Assembly (NCBI GenBank): GCA_013239625.1
Contig: MU053448.1
Span: 186,001 to 250,000 of the forward strand
Direction of reading: 5' to 3'
DNA length: 64,000 nt
Origin: Lama guanicoe
Lineage: Eukaryota
The notes beneath the pieces are model-generated. The model saw nothing but the letters and a program-made list of their open reading frames with translations. It had not been told where the DNA came from and did no database searches. The translations under genes and the position numbers were made by a program. Below, one piece after another: positions 26,640 through 43,255 of this stretch (position 1 is the first letter of the stretch; every line of letters starts with the position of its first letter).

Positions 26640-27235
26640 TAAACCAGTAATCCAGTAAGTTAAATGTTTCTCAGAGTTCTGTGAGCTGCTCTAGCAAATT
26701 AATGGAACTAAAGGAGGGGGTCTTTGGGATCTCCGACATATAGCTGGTCAGTCGGAAGCACAGATGTCAACCTGGACTTATGATTGGCACCACAGGGAGT
26801 GGCCGTCTTGTGGGGCCGAGCCCTTACCCTGTGGCATCTGACACTGTCTGCAGGTAGATGGTGTCAGATTTGAGTTGCAGGACACCCAGCTAGTGTTAGG
26901 TGGTGTGGGGAGGCCCACACCTTGGTTACAGAATCAGAGGGCCCTTTTCTGGGTTGCAGACTCCAACTTCTCATCGTGTCCTCATGTGGCAGAAAGAAGA
27001 TCACTATTTTTTGCATTGCTGTTTCCTTTTTCTGTCATCTCTTAGGTTATTTGAGTATTTTTTAGCAGTCCATTTAAATTTATTTTTAAAAAATCTTTTT
27101 ATGAGTTATGTATATCGTGTCGTGTAGTTTTTTTAAGTGGCTGCTTTAAGGATTACAAATACATGCTAACTATTCAGTCTATTTGCACTACTTTAAGTGG
27201 AATGCAAAAATCCTACACCATGTAGGCCCTTTTGC

Positions 27236-27770
27236 TGTTAGCAAGTCAAACTCGTCTGCTCGCTGCACGACAGGCCGGTGAATCAGGAGACAAGGAGTTG
27301 GGGCAAAGAATAAAGACTTTATTTGGAAAACCAGCAGACCAAAAAGATGGCAGGCTACTGTCTTGGAGAACCATCTTCCCCAAGTCAGAATTCAGGCTCC
27401 TTTTATACTAAAAAGCAGGGGCGGGGGGCGGGGGTTGTGGCAAACTTCTTGGTATAGGATTTCTTTGTTCTTCTAATCCTTTGTTCTTGCAGCTGTCCAT
27501 GTGGGTCAGATCATGGTGTCCCTGTAAACCTCCAACAAAACAAACATTATTTTCTATTCTGCAACTTTTTACCTTTATGTGGATGGAAAAGTGTGAATAT
27601 CCTTAAAGGTCAGAGCCTTGAGAATGGGCTCTCCTGTAGATTTCAGGCTTTAGGCAACATTCTTTGAGGAAAGGCGCAGAACCAGCCTGACTGAGCACAG
27701 GGAACAGAGCACAGGGTTAGAGCCAAAGAAACAGATCTAACGTGGAGTCAAACTTGTTCTTTCCGATTCA
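27236..27770 (-). mobile_element. ERV1-like solo LTR
   Basis: TG...CA ends, perfect 4-bp TSD ttgc; minus-strand TATA (~27401-27407) and AATAAA (~27318-27323). Confidence 0.8.
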
Positions 27771-30043
27771 TTGCCTTCCCCCTTTGTGTGATAGTTCTCT
27801 TATATGTTACATTTATATACGCTGAAAACCCCATCAGACAGTATTTTAACTTGCTTTCAGCCACCAAACATTTTTTCAAGAGCTCTGGAGGAATAGTCTA
27901 TTTTGTTGACTCGCTATATACCATTTCTCTTGCTTTTGCTGTTTTTCATGCCCCAAGTTTCCTTCTGGTATCATGTCCCTTGTATTTGAAGAACTCACGT
28001 TAGCCTGCTTCTATGAATCCTCTTCATTTTCCTTCATCTGAGACTGTCCTTCTTTCATCTTCATGACACTTCTTTTCTTTCCACCCAAAAATGTGTCATC
28101 TCACTTCCTCTGGTCCCCTGACATTCACACTGGTGTCCTCCGGGTAATAAGCCACTTTTCTCTGGCTGTTTTCAAGGTATTTTTTCATTGTCTTTATTTG
28201 TCAGCAGTGTGACGGTGATGTGTCTGGGTATGGGATTTTCAGGTTTATCTTGCTTGGAATCTGTTGAGCTTCTCGAATCTGTAGACCCAAGTGTAGCCAC
28301 ACTTGTGAAGTTCTCGGTCTTTTTCCAACTGTTTTCCAGCACTGCCCACTGTCTGCTTCCCGTCTCGCACCCTGATGACACAGTGTTGGACTTCTCCCCT
28401 TGTCCCCAAGGCTCCCCCTTATTCTAAGTCTCCCCATGTTTTTTCAATCTTTTTTTCTCTCTGTCATTCAGATTAGATCCTTTCTATTGCTCCGTCTTTG
28501 AGTTCACTGAATCTTTCCTCTGCTCTTAATAAGCTCCTGTGGGGAGTTTTTAAAATTTCAGTGGGTTTTTTCTTCTTTTTTTAGGTCTAAATTTCCGTTT
28601 GGTTCTTTGTATCTTTTTATTTATTTATTTGCTACTTCCCATTTTTGTCTCAGGAGTTTGTTTCCAGCATTGTTATAGTAGTTGATTTAAGTCTGGTGGA
28701 TAATTGTAGTATCTCTGTTGTTCTGGCCTTGCTATCTGTTGCTCATCTGTTCCCATAGGAGTTAAGACATCACTGGTTCTTTGCTGAGGAGTTTGGATTG
28801 CAGTTGGACATTTTGGGTATTATAATAGGAGACTCTGGATCTTGTTTAAATCTTGGGAAAATAGTGACTTTTTTTTTCTTAGGAGGCAAACAAACCATTT
28901 GGTTCGATTTAGGCTGCAGTTCTGACCTGCCCTCTATGGGTTGTGGTGTAGTGTCAGCTCTGTCCTGGGGGCTCAGTAGTACCATTCTGATTTGTCCTGC
29001 ATATGCCTCCTGTCGCCACCTGGGACCTGACTGTGGACTTGGGCTTGGGGGTGTGACAGTCAGATCCGCGCATGTGCAGCTTGGACACCAGCCTGACATT
29101 TGCCAGCAGCTTTGTGGGCTTGCTCTTCTGAACTTCTTCCTCCCCACAACTGCCCCTGGGGCTTTCCAGTGCCCAGGGTTCCCTTTTTATTCTCTGACCA
29201 GCACACCAGGGCTTTGGAAGTTTGCCCCGCCGCGCACTTCAACTCCCACACCTGGTCTGGCCCAGTGCCCGGGGGAGCAGCTGGGTGCTTCTTCTGTTCT
29301 GTGTTCTTGTCCAGCTCCTCTGCCGCTTTTAACTCCTCAGAATGAACGGAGCTGCCCCACGCATCCTGTCCGGGGTCAGGACAGCATTCAGTGGGAAGAG
29401 AGCGCTGGTTCGCTGTCCCTGGAGCCAGCACAGGTGTATCCATGAGTCCGGCTCCACTTCTGCGCTTCTGAATGCCAGCCACGGAGTGTCTGCTGTCGGT
29501 CCTCTGCCAACAGCCTCCTCCTGGTTTCCTTCCCTTGGCCCCTGGCCTCACCTGAGTGGTTCTTGCAGGCTGTCTTGTGCCCCTGGAGACCAGGCTCTGG
29601 CCTTTTCCATCCCTGTCCCTAGCGTGTGGCCCTGCTTGGAGGGCCCGCCGGGGAAGCATCAGTGGTGGGGCAGCGCTGTTGCCCCTCCGAGGCTGTGCTG
29701 GCTTCCTGGGAGCCCACGTGCTGTTGCAGGAGCCCTTTTCTCCTCCAGCTCAGTGCAGGGGTTGTCAGACCCTCGCAGAGAGCCCTCTGGGACTGTGGCC
29801 CGGAGGTAGAAAGGTGACAGGAAGCGATGGCATGTGTGTTGGCCCATGTGCCCTGCACCACGACCAGGAGAGGCTGCGATGTGACTCCCCTGCTGGTGAG
29901 CCCAGAGCAAGATGCCAGACCCCGGGGACGGGACCCCAGGAGAGGACACAGGGGAGCAGGGGCCTGAAAACCCTACCCTGGAAGGATTGTCAGGATGCCA
30001 CTGCCCGTCCTCATGGCACAGGTGGCTTTGTGCTTTGTCCTAA

Positions 30044-30217
<174 letters not shown>

Positions 30218-30231
30218 TGATGTCTGCATGA

Positions 30232-30898
<667 letters not shown>

Positions 30899-31662
30899 TG
30901 AAATAATCCCCGGGGTTTAATGCAGGGGGTGGGATGCTGGCGCCCTCTCACCCGCCCATCACCAACTGCTCACTAGAAGTGCATATAAATTACAGCCGAC
31001 ACAGCAGGTCTGAGACCCAAGAGAACGAATGAAGCCTTTGACAGTCTAATGCTTTACTGGCCCTTTCAGAATAAGGGCTGCATCTGTGTTTCACTTCTCT
31101 TCTGCCTTTGGGACTGAATTTATTTCCCCACATGAAGGCTGCTTTCCACCAGTGTGCTTGCTTGGCCTACTTTCGATTCTCCTGGTTTTCAGGTGCTTTT
31201 GCCTCGATTGTCCACTCTGGTGGGCTTCACCCTGGCCTCAATTCCTTCTGGCCCTTGGGCTAGGCAGAGGGGCCCCAGGGAGGGGACTTGCTGGTTTTTT
31301 AAAGACATACTTTAGAAATGTGTACAAGTTTTTGTTAGATTCCTTTAGCAAATGGAGAAGAGAGAACTTACTAAGTGATAAATTTGTTTGATCTTAGGTT
31401 GTCAGGTGGACATCCCCCCGCCCCCCTTTTGAGCTCTGAAAGCTAAAGCACCTGCTTTACAGACGTTCTTTGGAGCATTTTGCTCTGTAACTTTGCTGGA
31501 ACAAGCAACACAATTCTTTTACTTTGGGGACCTTGTTGGTAAAGGGCACAATTGAGTCCCCTTAACAGAGGAGAGGCAGGTAGAAATCACTTTCTGGAAA
31601 CGCGTCTCTTTACCTGAGCTGTAAACGTGCACTCGAGGGGCCACCGTTTCATCAGCAAGTAA

Positions 31663-31920
<258 letters not shown>

Positions 31921-32679
31921 TGAGCCCGGAGCGCCCCGTGAGGTGCGCGCCCCAGTCGGGCGGGTCTCAGCACCGCCGGCGAGCGGCTCAGGTCACAGTG
32001 TTGCTGTGCATCCTGGCTGGCGTGTGTGTGGCCCCACTGGGCTCTGGGTGCCCCGGGAGGACCGGCCTTGGCAGGTGGCTCCGCCCCTCGTTCCCTGATT
32101 GGCGCGTCCCCGCAGGCGCACACCCTCGCAGCGGTGGGCACATCTGGCCCCTGGACCACAGGCTCCCCTAGACCAGCTCTCCTCGCGGGCAGTTTTCTTT
32201 CTGAGTGTAGAGACCTGGAGGAGAGAATTGGAAAAGGTGGGCTCGACAGGCAGAGTGTGTCTGGGGGACTGTGAGTGCGTTGGTGGCCGGCAGAACAGAG
32301 ACCCTGTCCTCTGATTCTCTTCAGAAAATCTGTGCCCAGGACAGAAATTCAGGGTTCATTCCGAAGCAGGAAGGGAGGAAGATGACAGCTGGGGTAGGTT
32401 ACCGGTCTTTGCCGTGAAGCTTTTCTTTAGGAAAACCCCCGAGGCACTAGGTTGCACAGACAGGGCCTGACGTGGGTCTTTCCACTAAACGTTTTAGGGA
32501 AAGCCTTCAGTGTGCTCTCACACTGCTTTGCAAGACCTAGAGACTCGGGCCGAGCCACGCAGGATTGTTGGACCTCAGCGTACAGGTCCTGTGTCCACCT
32601 TCCCCTGTCAGCCCCGGGGGTAGGTCACGCAGCTGTCGTTTTTCACAGATACGATAAGTGAGAGTCAGAGTTCAGGAGG

Positions 32680-33560
32680 TGTGGTAGTGATTTATAATAA
32701 GATATATTTGGTCTTCATCCCCATTTTTGGCACGGAGCTCCTGAAACCCTTGGGATTTCCTGTGATGAGAGCAATAAAGTGTCTTTTATTATGTTAACGT
32801 GGTGACTTTTTGAAAGCCCTTAGGTAACCCGAGGATGGGGGCTGGTCACCAGAGGAACCAACCCTGTAATTAGAGGGTTTCAACTCTGGGTCCTATCCTC
32901 CTGACCTCAGGGACTGGAGAGGGGTTGGAGGTTGAATCCATCACCAGTGTCCGGTGATCAAATCAGTCAGGCTTATGGATGAAATCCTCCATAAAAACCC
33001 CAAGGGAGGGCATGCAGGCAGCTTCCAGGTTGGTGAACATGTGGAGGTTTGGGGGAGAGTGGTGCTTGAAGAGGGCATAGAAGCCCCCCACCCTTTCCCC
33101 ATACCTCGCCCTCTGTATGTCTTCTATCTGGTGGTTCTACATTATATCCTTTATAATAAACTGTTAATCTAGTACATTTCTCTAAGTTCTGTGAGCTGCT
33201 CTGACAAATTAATTGAACCCAAGGAAGGGGCTTTTGGGACTGCTGATCTGTAGCTGGTTGGTCAGAAGCACAGGTGACAACCTCGACCTCCAGTTGGTGT
33301 CTAAAGTTGGGGGATGGCGCACAGTCGTGTAGGACTTGAGCCCTTACATTGTGAGGTCTGATGGTGTCTTCAGGTGGTGTCAGAATTGAGTTGATCGTAG
33401 GACACCCAGCTTGTGTCAGGGAATCGCTAGGCAGTGTGGGAAATCCCACCTCCCGTATTAGAATTGGCACCAGATCTTTAGGTTTGTCCAAGATGGAGCT
33501 GCAAGTCGGTGATGGAATCAGGATTCTATCTCAGACCTTTGGCACCAGAACTGGGTGGTG
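32680..33560 (+). mobile_element. MER21-like LTR in intron 6
   Basis: Colinear similarity to the split LTR at 24508-26937; AATAAA at ~33155. Confidence 0.7.
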
Positions 33561-33893
33561 TGGTCCCTGACCTGTGGGAGGTTCCTGGTGGAGAAGCTGA
33601 GTGATGCTGGCCATCTTAGTCACCCAGCTCTGGGAGTCACGGGGAGTGGCTGCCTTTCTCAGACTTGGGGACAGGGGGCCCAGGGGAGAGGCCAGTGTGT
33701 GGGTGCCCTTTGGGGATGCCTGTGGGCTGTGCTGCCACATCTCTGAGGAAGTCCGTCAACTGGACAGTGGGGTCCTGAGCTGTCCTGGTTGCAAAGAGAC
33801 TTCCCTGGAGTTCAGTGGAAAGCCGTAGGAGGCTGAAGTCGTAACCAGCTTCTAAGACGCACATTTTAAGCCATTAAGCATGTTGGTTGATGA

Positions 33894-34330
<437 letters not shown>

Positions 34331-34390
34331 TGAGGAGGCTGCACTTTGTCATCCTTTTCGCCAGACTTTTCTAATTCTCCTGCTTGAGGA

Positions 34391-34440
34391 GGGTGTGGGT
34401 GTGGGTGTGGGTGTGTAGAGGTGTGGGTGTGGGTGTGTGT
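34391..34440. repeat. (GGGTGT)n simple repeat
   Basis: Direct reading. Confidence 0.85.
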
Positions 34441-36928
34441 ATACATACGGCATCCTCCACCCTGCATGCCTTTTGCACTACAAGTCCTTAATACATTCCC
34501 GTGAGTATGTTCTGAGCTTGACCCCAGTGCCGGGTGGATCACGTGCCCATCCCTGGATAAGGTGAAGAGGTCGTGGGTCAAGGGCTTCTCTCAGCATGAA
34601 GCTTCATAGGTGAGGCTGTACCGCATTCTACTTGATAAGGATGTAACTCCTAGAAATTCAGTGGACTATGTCACCATGATCCCAATAGACTTGTGTTGGT
34701 CAAGAAACATGCCATTTAGCATATTCTTCATTATTACTCTGTTTCAAATGGGGGAGGTTTTCAATGACATCTCTCAGGTGATGAAAAGATGAGAAGACAC
34801 TTCTGCTGTTCCCTCTACCCTCTCTCTGCCTTCACGGAGGGGAGCCATAGGGGATCCTGTGCTGGGTGTCCTGCTGACCCAAACCCCTCTGCAGGTGGGC
34901 GCAGCTCTGAGACCTCTTCCTCGCAGGAGAACAGCGTGTAGGGGTCAGAGCAAGAGGGCACTGTCCAGTGGAGTGCTTTGTGTTAGCAGAAACATTCCTT
35001 TTGCACCTACTGGTGCAGGAGCCCCTGGCCATGGGTACTTAGGAAAGTTCACATTGAGTATTGCATTGTGCTTGACCAGAGATGGAGCTGGTATGTGCAC
35101 CTGGAAGGCAACCCAAGAAATGACATAAAATAGCTTCACAGGAAGGGATAACTGTTCATTTCTGAGCAACTTTTAAAGGTGCTTTTTACCAGCACTAGAA
35201 GTAGAAGTATTAAAACTACAGAAAGAAAAATTTCATTGTTAAGGCAAATTTCGGTAAAGACAGTAGATCAACTACTTAACAAAGCTGGTAAGAAGGTTAA
35301 AAAGACAAAAGTAGTAAAATCATCTGCAGCCACAAGAGGTTAAGTGATGCACAAAACAGAAAGATGTAAAACATGATGCCAAAAACATGAAGCATTGGTG
35401 GAGGAGTAAAAATTCAGGGTTATTAGAATGAATCCGAACTGAAGAGATCATAACTTAACATATAGGTTGCTATATTGAAACCTCATGATAACCACAACCA
35501 AAATTTTATAATAGATACACAAAAGACAGAAAGGAATTCAAACAAACTACTAAAGGTAGTCTTCAAATCACAAGGCTAGAGAGCAAAAAGAGAAGAAAGG
35601 AACAAAAAGGAGCTACAAAAGCAACCAGAAATGAATGAACAAAATGGCAGTAAGTACGTACCTGTCAATAATTACTTGGTGAGTGGACGACATGCTCCAG
35701 TCACAAGACATCCAGTGCTGAACCGATTAAAAAAATGCTGCCTTTAAGATTCTCACTTCAGATCTAGACACACAGATTGAAAGTGATGGAGTGGAAAATG
35801 ATATTTCACGCAGACGGAAATGAAAAGAAAGCTCGGGTGGCAATACCTACATCAGACAAAATAGACTAAAACAAAGACTGTTAACAAGAGTCAAAGGACG
35901 TAACATATGATAAGGACAGAAAACATAGCAACGTGGAGGCTAAACAACATGCGACTAGAAAACCAGTGTGTCACTGAAGAAATCAAAGAAGAAATTAAAA
36001 GTACCTGGAGACAAATGACAGTGGAAACTCAGTGATCCAAACTGTATGGGATGCAGCAAAAGTAGAGTTCTCAGAGGGAAGTTTATAACAATACAAACCT
36101 ACCTTAGGAAACCGGAAAAATCTCAAATAACCAATCTAACCCTGACACCTGAAGGCATTAGAAAAAGAAGAACAAACAAAACCCAAAGTTAGTAGAAGGA
36201 AATAATAAAGAGTGAGAGTGAAAATAAATGAAATAGTGATTACTTTTTAATAATAGAAAAAGTCAATGAAACTAAGAGCTGGTTCTTCGAAAAAATGAAA
36301 TCTATAAACCTTTAGTTTGACAAGAAAAACATAGAGAGGGCCCAAATCAGTAAAGTCACAAACGGAAAAGAAGTTACAACCAACACCACAGAAAGTCAAA
36401 GGACTGTAAGAGATTACTACAAACGATTGTATGTCAATAAAATGGACAACCTAGAAGAAATGGGTGAACTGCTAGAAACATATAGTCTCCCAAGATGAAT
36501 CAGAAAGAAATAGAAAATATGAACAAACTGATTACACTAATGAAATTGGTGATCAGAAAACTCCCAACAAACAAAAGTCCAGGACCAGATGGCTTCATGG
36601 GTGAAGTCTACCAAACATTTAAAGAAGAGTTGACACCAGTCCTTAAAATGTTCCCCAAAATTGAAGAGTAAAGAAGGCTTCCAGACTCATTCTATAAGGC
36701 CAGCATCACCTGGATACCGAGACCAAAGATATCACACACAAGAAAATTACAGGCCAATATTACTGGTAAACACAGATGCAAACATGCTCAACAAAGTATT
36801 AGCAAACCAAAGTCAGCAAAATACTAAAATGATCATACATCATGATCAAGTGGGATTTATCCCAGGGATGCAGTGATGGTTCAATGTCCGCAAATCAATC
36901 ATTGTGTTTCACCACATTAACAAACTGA

Positions 36929-37068
36929 GGGGGGAGGGTGCAGCTCAGTGGTAGAGTACATGCTTAACATGCACAGGTCCTGGGTTCAATCCCCAGTACT
37001 TCCATTAAAATAAATAAATAAATAAACCTAATTACCTCCTCCTAAAAAATAATAAAATAAGTTTTAAA
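36929..37068 (+). mobile_element. Camelid SINE nested in L1
   Basis: A/B boxes, AAAT tail; degenerate TSD aacaaactga/aaccaattga; interrupts L1 ORF2. Confidence 0.88.
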
Positions 37069-38244
37069 AACCAATTGAATAAAAATCATATGATCACCTC
37101 AGTAGATGTGGAAAAAGCTTTTGACAAAATTCAACATCCATTTATGATTTTAAAAATCTCAACAAAGTGAGTATAGAGGTCACATACCTCAACTTGATAA
37201 AGGCCATATATGGCAAGCCCACATGATCAACAGGAAAAGCATTTCCTCTAAGATCAGGAACGAGACAAGGATGTCCACCACTCTCACCACTTCTATTCAA
37301 CATAGCATTGGAGGTCCTGGCCACATCAGTCAGACAAGGGAAAGAAATTAAAGGAATCCATATTGGAAACACTGCAGATGGTATGATACTATAAATAGAA
37401 GATACTATAAAGACACCAGCAAAAATCTGTTAGAACTAATTCATAAATTCAGTGAAGTTGCAGGATAGAAAATTAATATAAAGAAAATTAATATAAAGAA
37501 ATATATAGTGTATTATAGTTCTATACACTAACAATGAACTATCAGAAAGAAAATTTTTTTAAAAATCCCATTTACAATTGCATCAAAAAATAAAATACCT
37601 AGGAATGAATCTAACCAAGGGCTTAAAAGATCTATACTGAGAAAACTTTAAGACATTGTTGAAAGAAACTGAAGACAATGCAAACAGATGGAAAGATCTT
37701 TTGTGCTTATGTGATTGGAAGACTTAATATTGTTAAAAATGACCATACTACTCAAGGCAATCTGCAGATTTGGTGCAACCCCTATCAAAATGCCAATACA
37801 TTTTTCACAGAACTAGAACAAATAATTCTAGCATTTGTATAGAAGCACAAAAGACCCTGAATAGCCAAAATGATCTTGAAAAATAAGAAGAAAGCTGGAG
37901 GTATCACACTCCTTGGCTTCAAACTGTACTACAAAGCTACAGTAATCAGAACGGGATGGTACTGGCACAAAACAGACACATAGATCAATGAAACAGAGCC
38001 CAGAAATATACCCACACTTAAACGGGCAATTAATCCAAGACAAAGTGGGCAAGAATATATGACAGGGAAAACACAGCCTCTTCAGTAAGTGGTGCTGGGA
38101 AAACTGAACAGCTGCTTGCAAAAGAATTTTACTGGATTAGTCTCTCACACCATATACAAAAATAAATTGAAAATGGACTAAAGATTTAAATGTTAAGACC
38201 TGAAACCATAAAACTCCTAGAAGGAAACATTAGCAGAATGCCTG

Positions 38245-38376
38245 TTTTTGGTGGGGGATTGGGGAAAGATTATTGGGTTTGTTTGTTTGTTTATTTGATG
38301 GAGGTACTGGGGATCGAACAAAGGACCTCAGGCATGCTAAGCATGTGCTCTACCACTGAGCTATACCCTCCCCCCC
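38245..38376 (-). mobile_element. Camelid SINE nested in L1
   Basis: Same family, reverse orientation, flanked by gcagaa repeats. Confidence 0.85.
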
Positions 38377-39067
38377 TGCAGAAAGCTCTTTGACGTCAGT
38401 TTTAGCAATATTTTTTGGATCTGTCTCCTCAGGCAAGGGAAGCAAAAGCAAAAATAAACAAATGGCACTACATCAAACAAAAAAGCAAAGGAAACCATGA
38501 ACAAAATGAAAAGGCCACCTGCTGAATGGAAAAGATATTTGCAAGCAATATATCCAATAAAGGGTTAATATCCAAAATATGCAAAGAACTCGTACAACTT
38601 AACAATCAAGAAAACAAACAATTCAATTTAAAAGTGGGCAGAGGATCCGAACAGGCATTTTCCAAAGAAGACATACTGATGGCCAACAGGCACATGATGC
38701 TCAATATCACTCTTCATTAGGGAAAAACAAATAAAACCACAATGAGATATCACCTCACACCTCTCTGAATGGCTGTAATCAAAAAGACAACAAATAACAA
38801 GTGTTGGTGAGGATGTGGAGAAAAGGGAACCCTCTCATGCCCTGTTGGTGAGAATGTGAATTGGTGTAGCCACTACAGAAAACGGTATGGAGGTTCCACC
38901 AAAATTAGAAGTAGGATTACCATAGGGTCCAGCAATTCCACTTCGGGATGTTTATGTGAAGAAAAAATAATTTGAAAAGATACATGCACACCAGTGTTCA
39001 TTGAAGCATTGCAACAATGGCCGAGACACAAAAGCAACCTAAGTGTACATTGATAGATAATAAGAAG

Positions 39068-39097
39068 ATGCATGCACGTGCGCGCACACGCGCGCGC

Positions 39098-39144
<47 letters not shown>
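39068..39144. repeat. (CG/CA)n to (CA)n microsatellite
   Basis: Alternating purine-pyrimidine run read directly. Confidence 0.95.
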
Positions 39145-39146
<2 letters not shown>

Positions 39147-39630
39147 AATATTACTCAGCCATGAAAAAGAATGAAATCTTGTCATTTGTGATAACAATGG
39201 TTGGACCTTGTGGGTATTATGCTAAGTGAAATAAGTCAGTCAGAAAAAGACAAATGCTATGTGATATCACTTATATGAGGAATCTGAAAAAAAATGAACA
39301 AATGCAAAACAGAATAAGCAGGGTTCCCAGTTCCCAAGGGAGACGGGAGATGAGTGAAGTAGGTGAGAGAGATTAAGATGTACCGACTTCCAGTTATAAC
39401 ATAAATGAGTTGTGGGAATGAAATATACAGCATGGGGAATATAGTCAATAATATTGTAATATCTTTGTGTGGTGACAGATGGTAACTAGACATCATGGTG
39501 ATCATTTGTTTTACTGTTTAGAAGAAACAAATCACTGTGTTGTGCACCTGGACCTAACATAGTGTGGTAGGTCAATTATACTTCAATTTTTGAAAGAAGA
39601 ATGAATTGTCATTTCAAAATTATGAACTGA

Positions 39631-39720
39631 GGGGGAAGGTATAGCTTAGTGGTAGAGCGTGTGCTTAGCATGCGTGAGGTCCTGGGTTCAATCCCCTGTA
39701 CCTCTATTTAAAAAAAAAAA
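39631..39720 (+). mobile_element. Camelid SINE, short form (head + poly A)
   Basis: GGGGGAAGGTATAGCTTAGTGGTAGAGC...GGTTCAATCCCC plus A run; degenerate TSD aaaattatgaactg/aaaactatgaagtg; ~80 nt upstream of exon 9. Confidence 0.88.
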
Positions 39721-39760
39721 ACTATGAAGTGTAGCAGTGTAACTTCTCATGGGTAATTGA

Positions 39761-41820
<2,060 letters not shown>

Positions 41821-41984
41821 TTTGGTTTTATGAACATTGCTTCTTAACTTCTATTTTGTTCTTCTTAAAGTGAATGTAGAAGCTGTTTGCAAGTTTTTTG
41901 CAGTAGTGACTGGCAGAGATAGCATTCAGCCCACAGTCATTATTAGCATTACTCATCCTTCTTGCGATTGTATTTGGTGACTAA

Positions 41985-42119
<135 letters not shown>

Positions 42120-42293
42120 TAGGCGAAGGGGAAGCTGGCAGGTCAGCGTGTTCTGCACCGTTCCCCTGTTGGTTATGATGGTCCGTTTATCAATCCAGAG
42201 ATGGCACCGTTGACAGTCTCCACCACGTGAAACCAAATGCCTGAAACAGTAGGCTTTTCCACACATGGATGGTGACATTTAAGTTCATTTACA

Positions 42294-42449
42294 GCTGATT
42301 TCTGCATGTTAATCTTGCTGACTTTTATCAGCTCTAGTAGTTTTTGTGTGGCACCTTTAGGGTTTTCTGTATAGAGTATCATGCCATCCACATACAGTGA
42401 CAGTTTTACCTCTTCTCTTCCAGTTTGGGTCCCTTTTATTTCTTTTTCC
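42294..42449 (-). mobile_element. Isolated internal L1 ORF2 fragment with TSD and no poly(A)
   Basis: Encodes [21 protein letters not shown]; flanked by taagttcatttaca/taaattcatttaca. Confidence 0.75.
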
Positions 42450-42713
42450 TAAATTCATTTACAAATGCAATTGATTTCCTTAGTAGAACAGCCACATGTC
42501 AGATGTTTAATACTTAGGGATGCCGTGTCGGTCAGCACAGGGGTAGACCTTTGCCATCAGCCCAGAGAGTTCTTTTGGCCAAAGCTGCTCACCAACACAG
42601 AGCTATAAACAAATTCTCTGGGACCAATGGTGTGTTGGTAAATGCTTCACCACCAGCCTGTTGTGGGGCAGGGGATGTCTGCGTGTATCTAACAGAGGTT
42701 ACAGAACCACCAC

Positions 42714-43255
42714 CCAGGGGCCAAATTCAGGCCAAGCCTATTCTTGTAAGGCCTCTGTGATTGAGAATGGTCTTTACATTTTTTGTGTTTTTTTTAAGAT
42801 GACAGCTGTATGAGACATGGGACTGAGACAGTGTGGCCCTAAATCCTAAAATATTTGCTGTCTGGGCCTGGCCAGAGAAGCTGGCCGACTTCTGCCATAA
42901 GGGATCTGCAGCTCCAATCACAGTGGTGATAAATTCGCAGTGTCTTGACTGCAGATCCCACGAAGCCAGTTGAGTCTCCTAGGATGCTCTTGTCCACTTC
43001 TGCCAAACGTGTGGTCACCATTCAGCCGAGGTTTTGAAAAACGCAGCTGTACCTCAGTCACTTGTTTTACTCAAGGGTCAGCAGGCTTTTTCTGTGAAGG
43101 CCAAACCGTTCAGCACGTGAGGCTTTTCTGGCCACATGTGTCACACATCCTTTTTTGTTGTTGTTTGTTTTTTTAAATGACTTTTTAAAACTGAAAACCA
43201 TTTTGTATGGCTGTACCAAAACTGGCCCCTGGCTGTGGTTGGCTGACCTCTGTGC
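42714..43255. mobile_element. Two hAT-Charlie (MER3/33/58-like) remnants (~42714-42895, ~43072-43255)
   Basis: CAGGGG/CAAGGG-type termini; ctaaaatatttgctgtctggg motif. Confidence 0.5.

Larger units (their letters stand above)
24508..26937 (+). mobile_element. MER21-like LTR split by an L1, itself inside an MLT1 remnant
   Basis: Halves 24508-25014 and 26640-26937 are colinear with the LTR at 32680-33560; flanked by agggcc repeats. Confidence 0.7.
23375..29050 (-). mobile_element. Ancient L1 fragmented by nested insertions
   Basis: L1 pieces at 23375-23731, 24200-24390, 27000-27235 and 27771-29050; ORF1-like peptide KINLKIPYP/PIPRHITVTLL at ~28200. Confidence 0.65.
35180..39590 (+). mobile_element. 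Degenerate ~4.4-kb L1 (ORF2 EN/RT region and 3' UTR), sense orientation, intron 8
   Basis: RT peptides [22 protein letters not shown] and [14 protein letters not shown]; many stops and frameshifts; two nested SINEs. Confidence 0.92.

Noticed and set aside
1180..30040. Additional 5' UTR exons or enhancers in intron 1 (e.g. GTAAACA/GTTAA cluster at ~15317-15350)
   Set aside because: Short motifs occur by chance and cannot be supported without expression or conservation data.
35180..39590. Active L1 / intact ORF2
   Set aside because: No 5' UTR, numerous stops and frameshifts, and two nested SINEs.
39631..39720. tRNA-Ala-like sequences here and at 10 other sites as tRNA genes
   Set aside because: They have A-rich tails, TSDs in most copies and scattered mutations, which identifies them as SINE copies.
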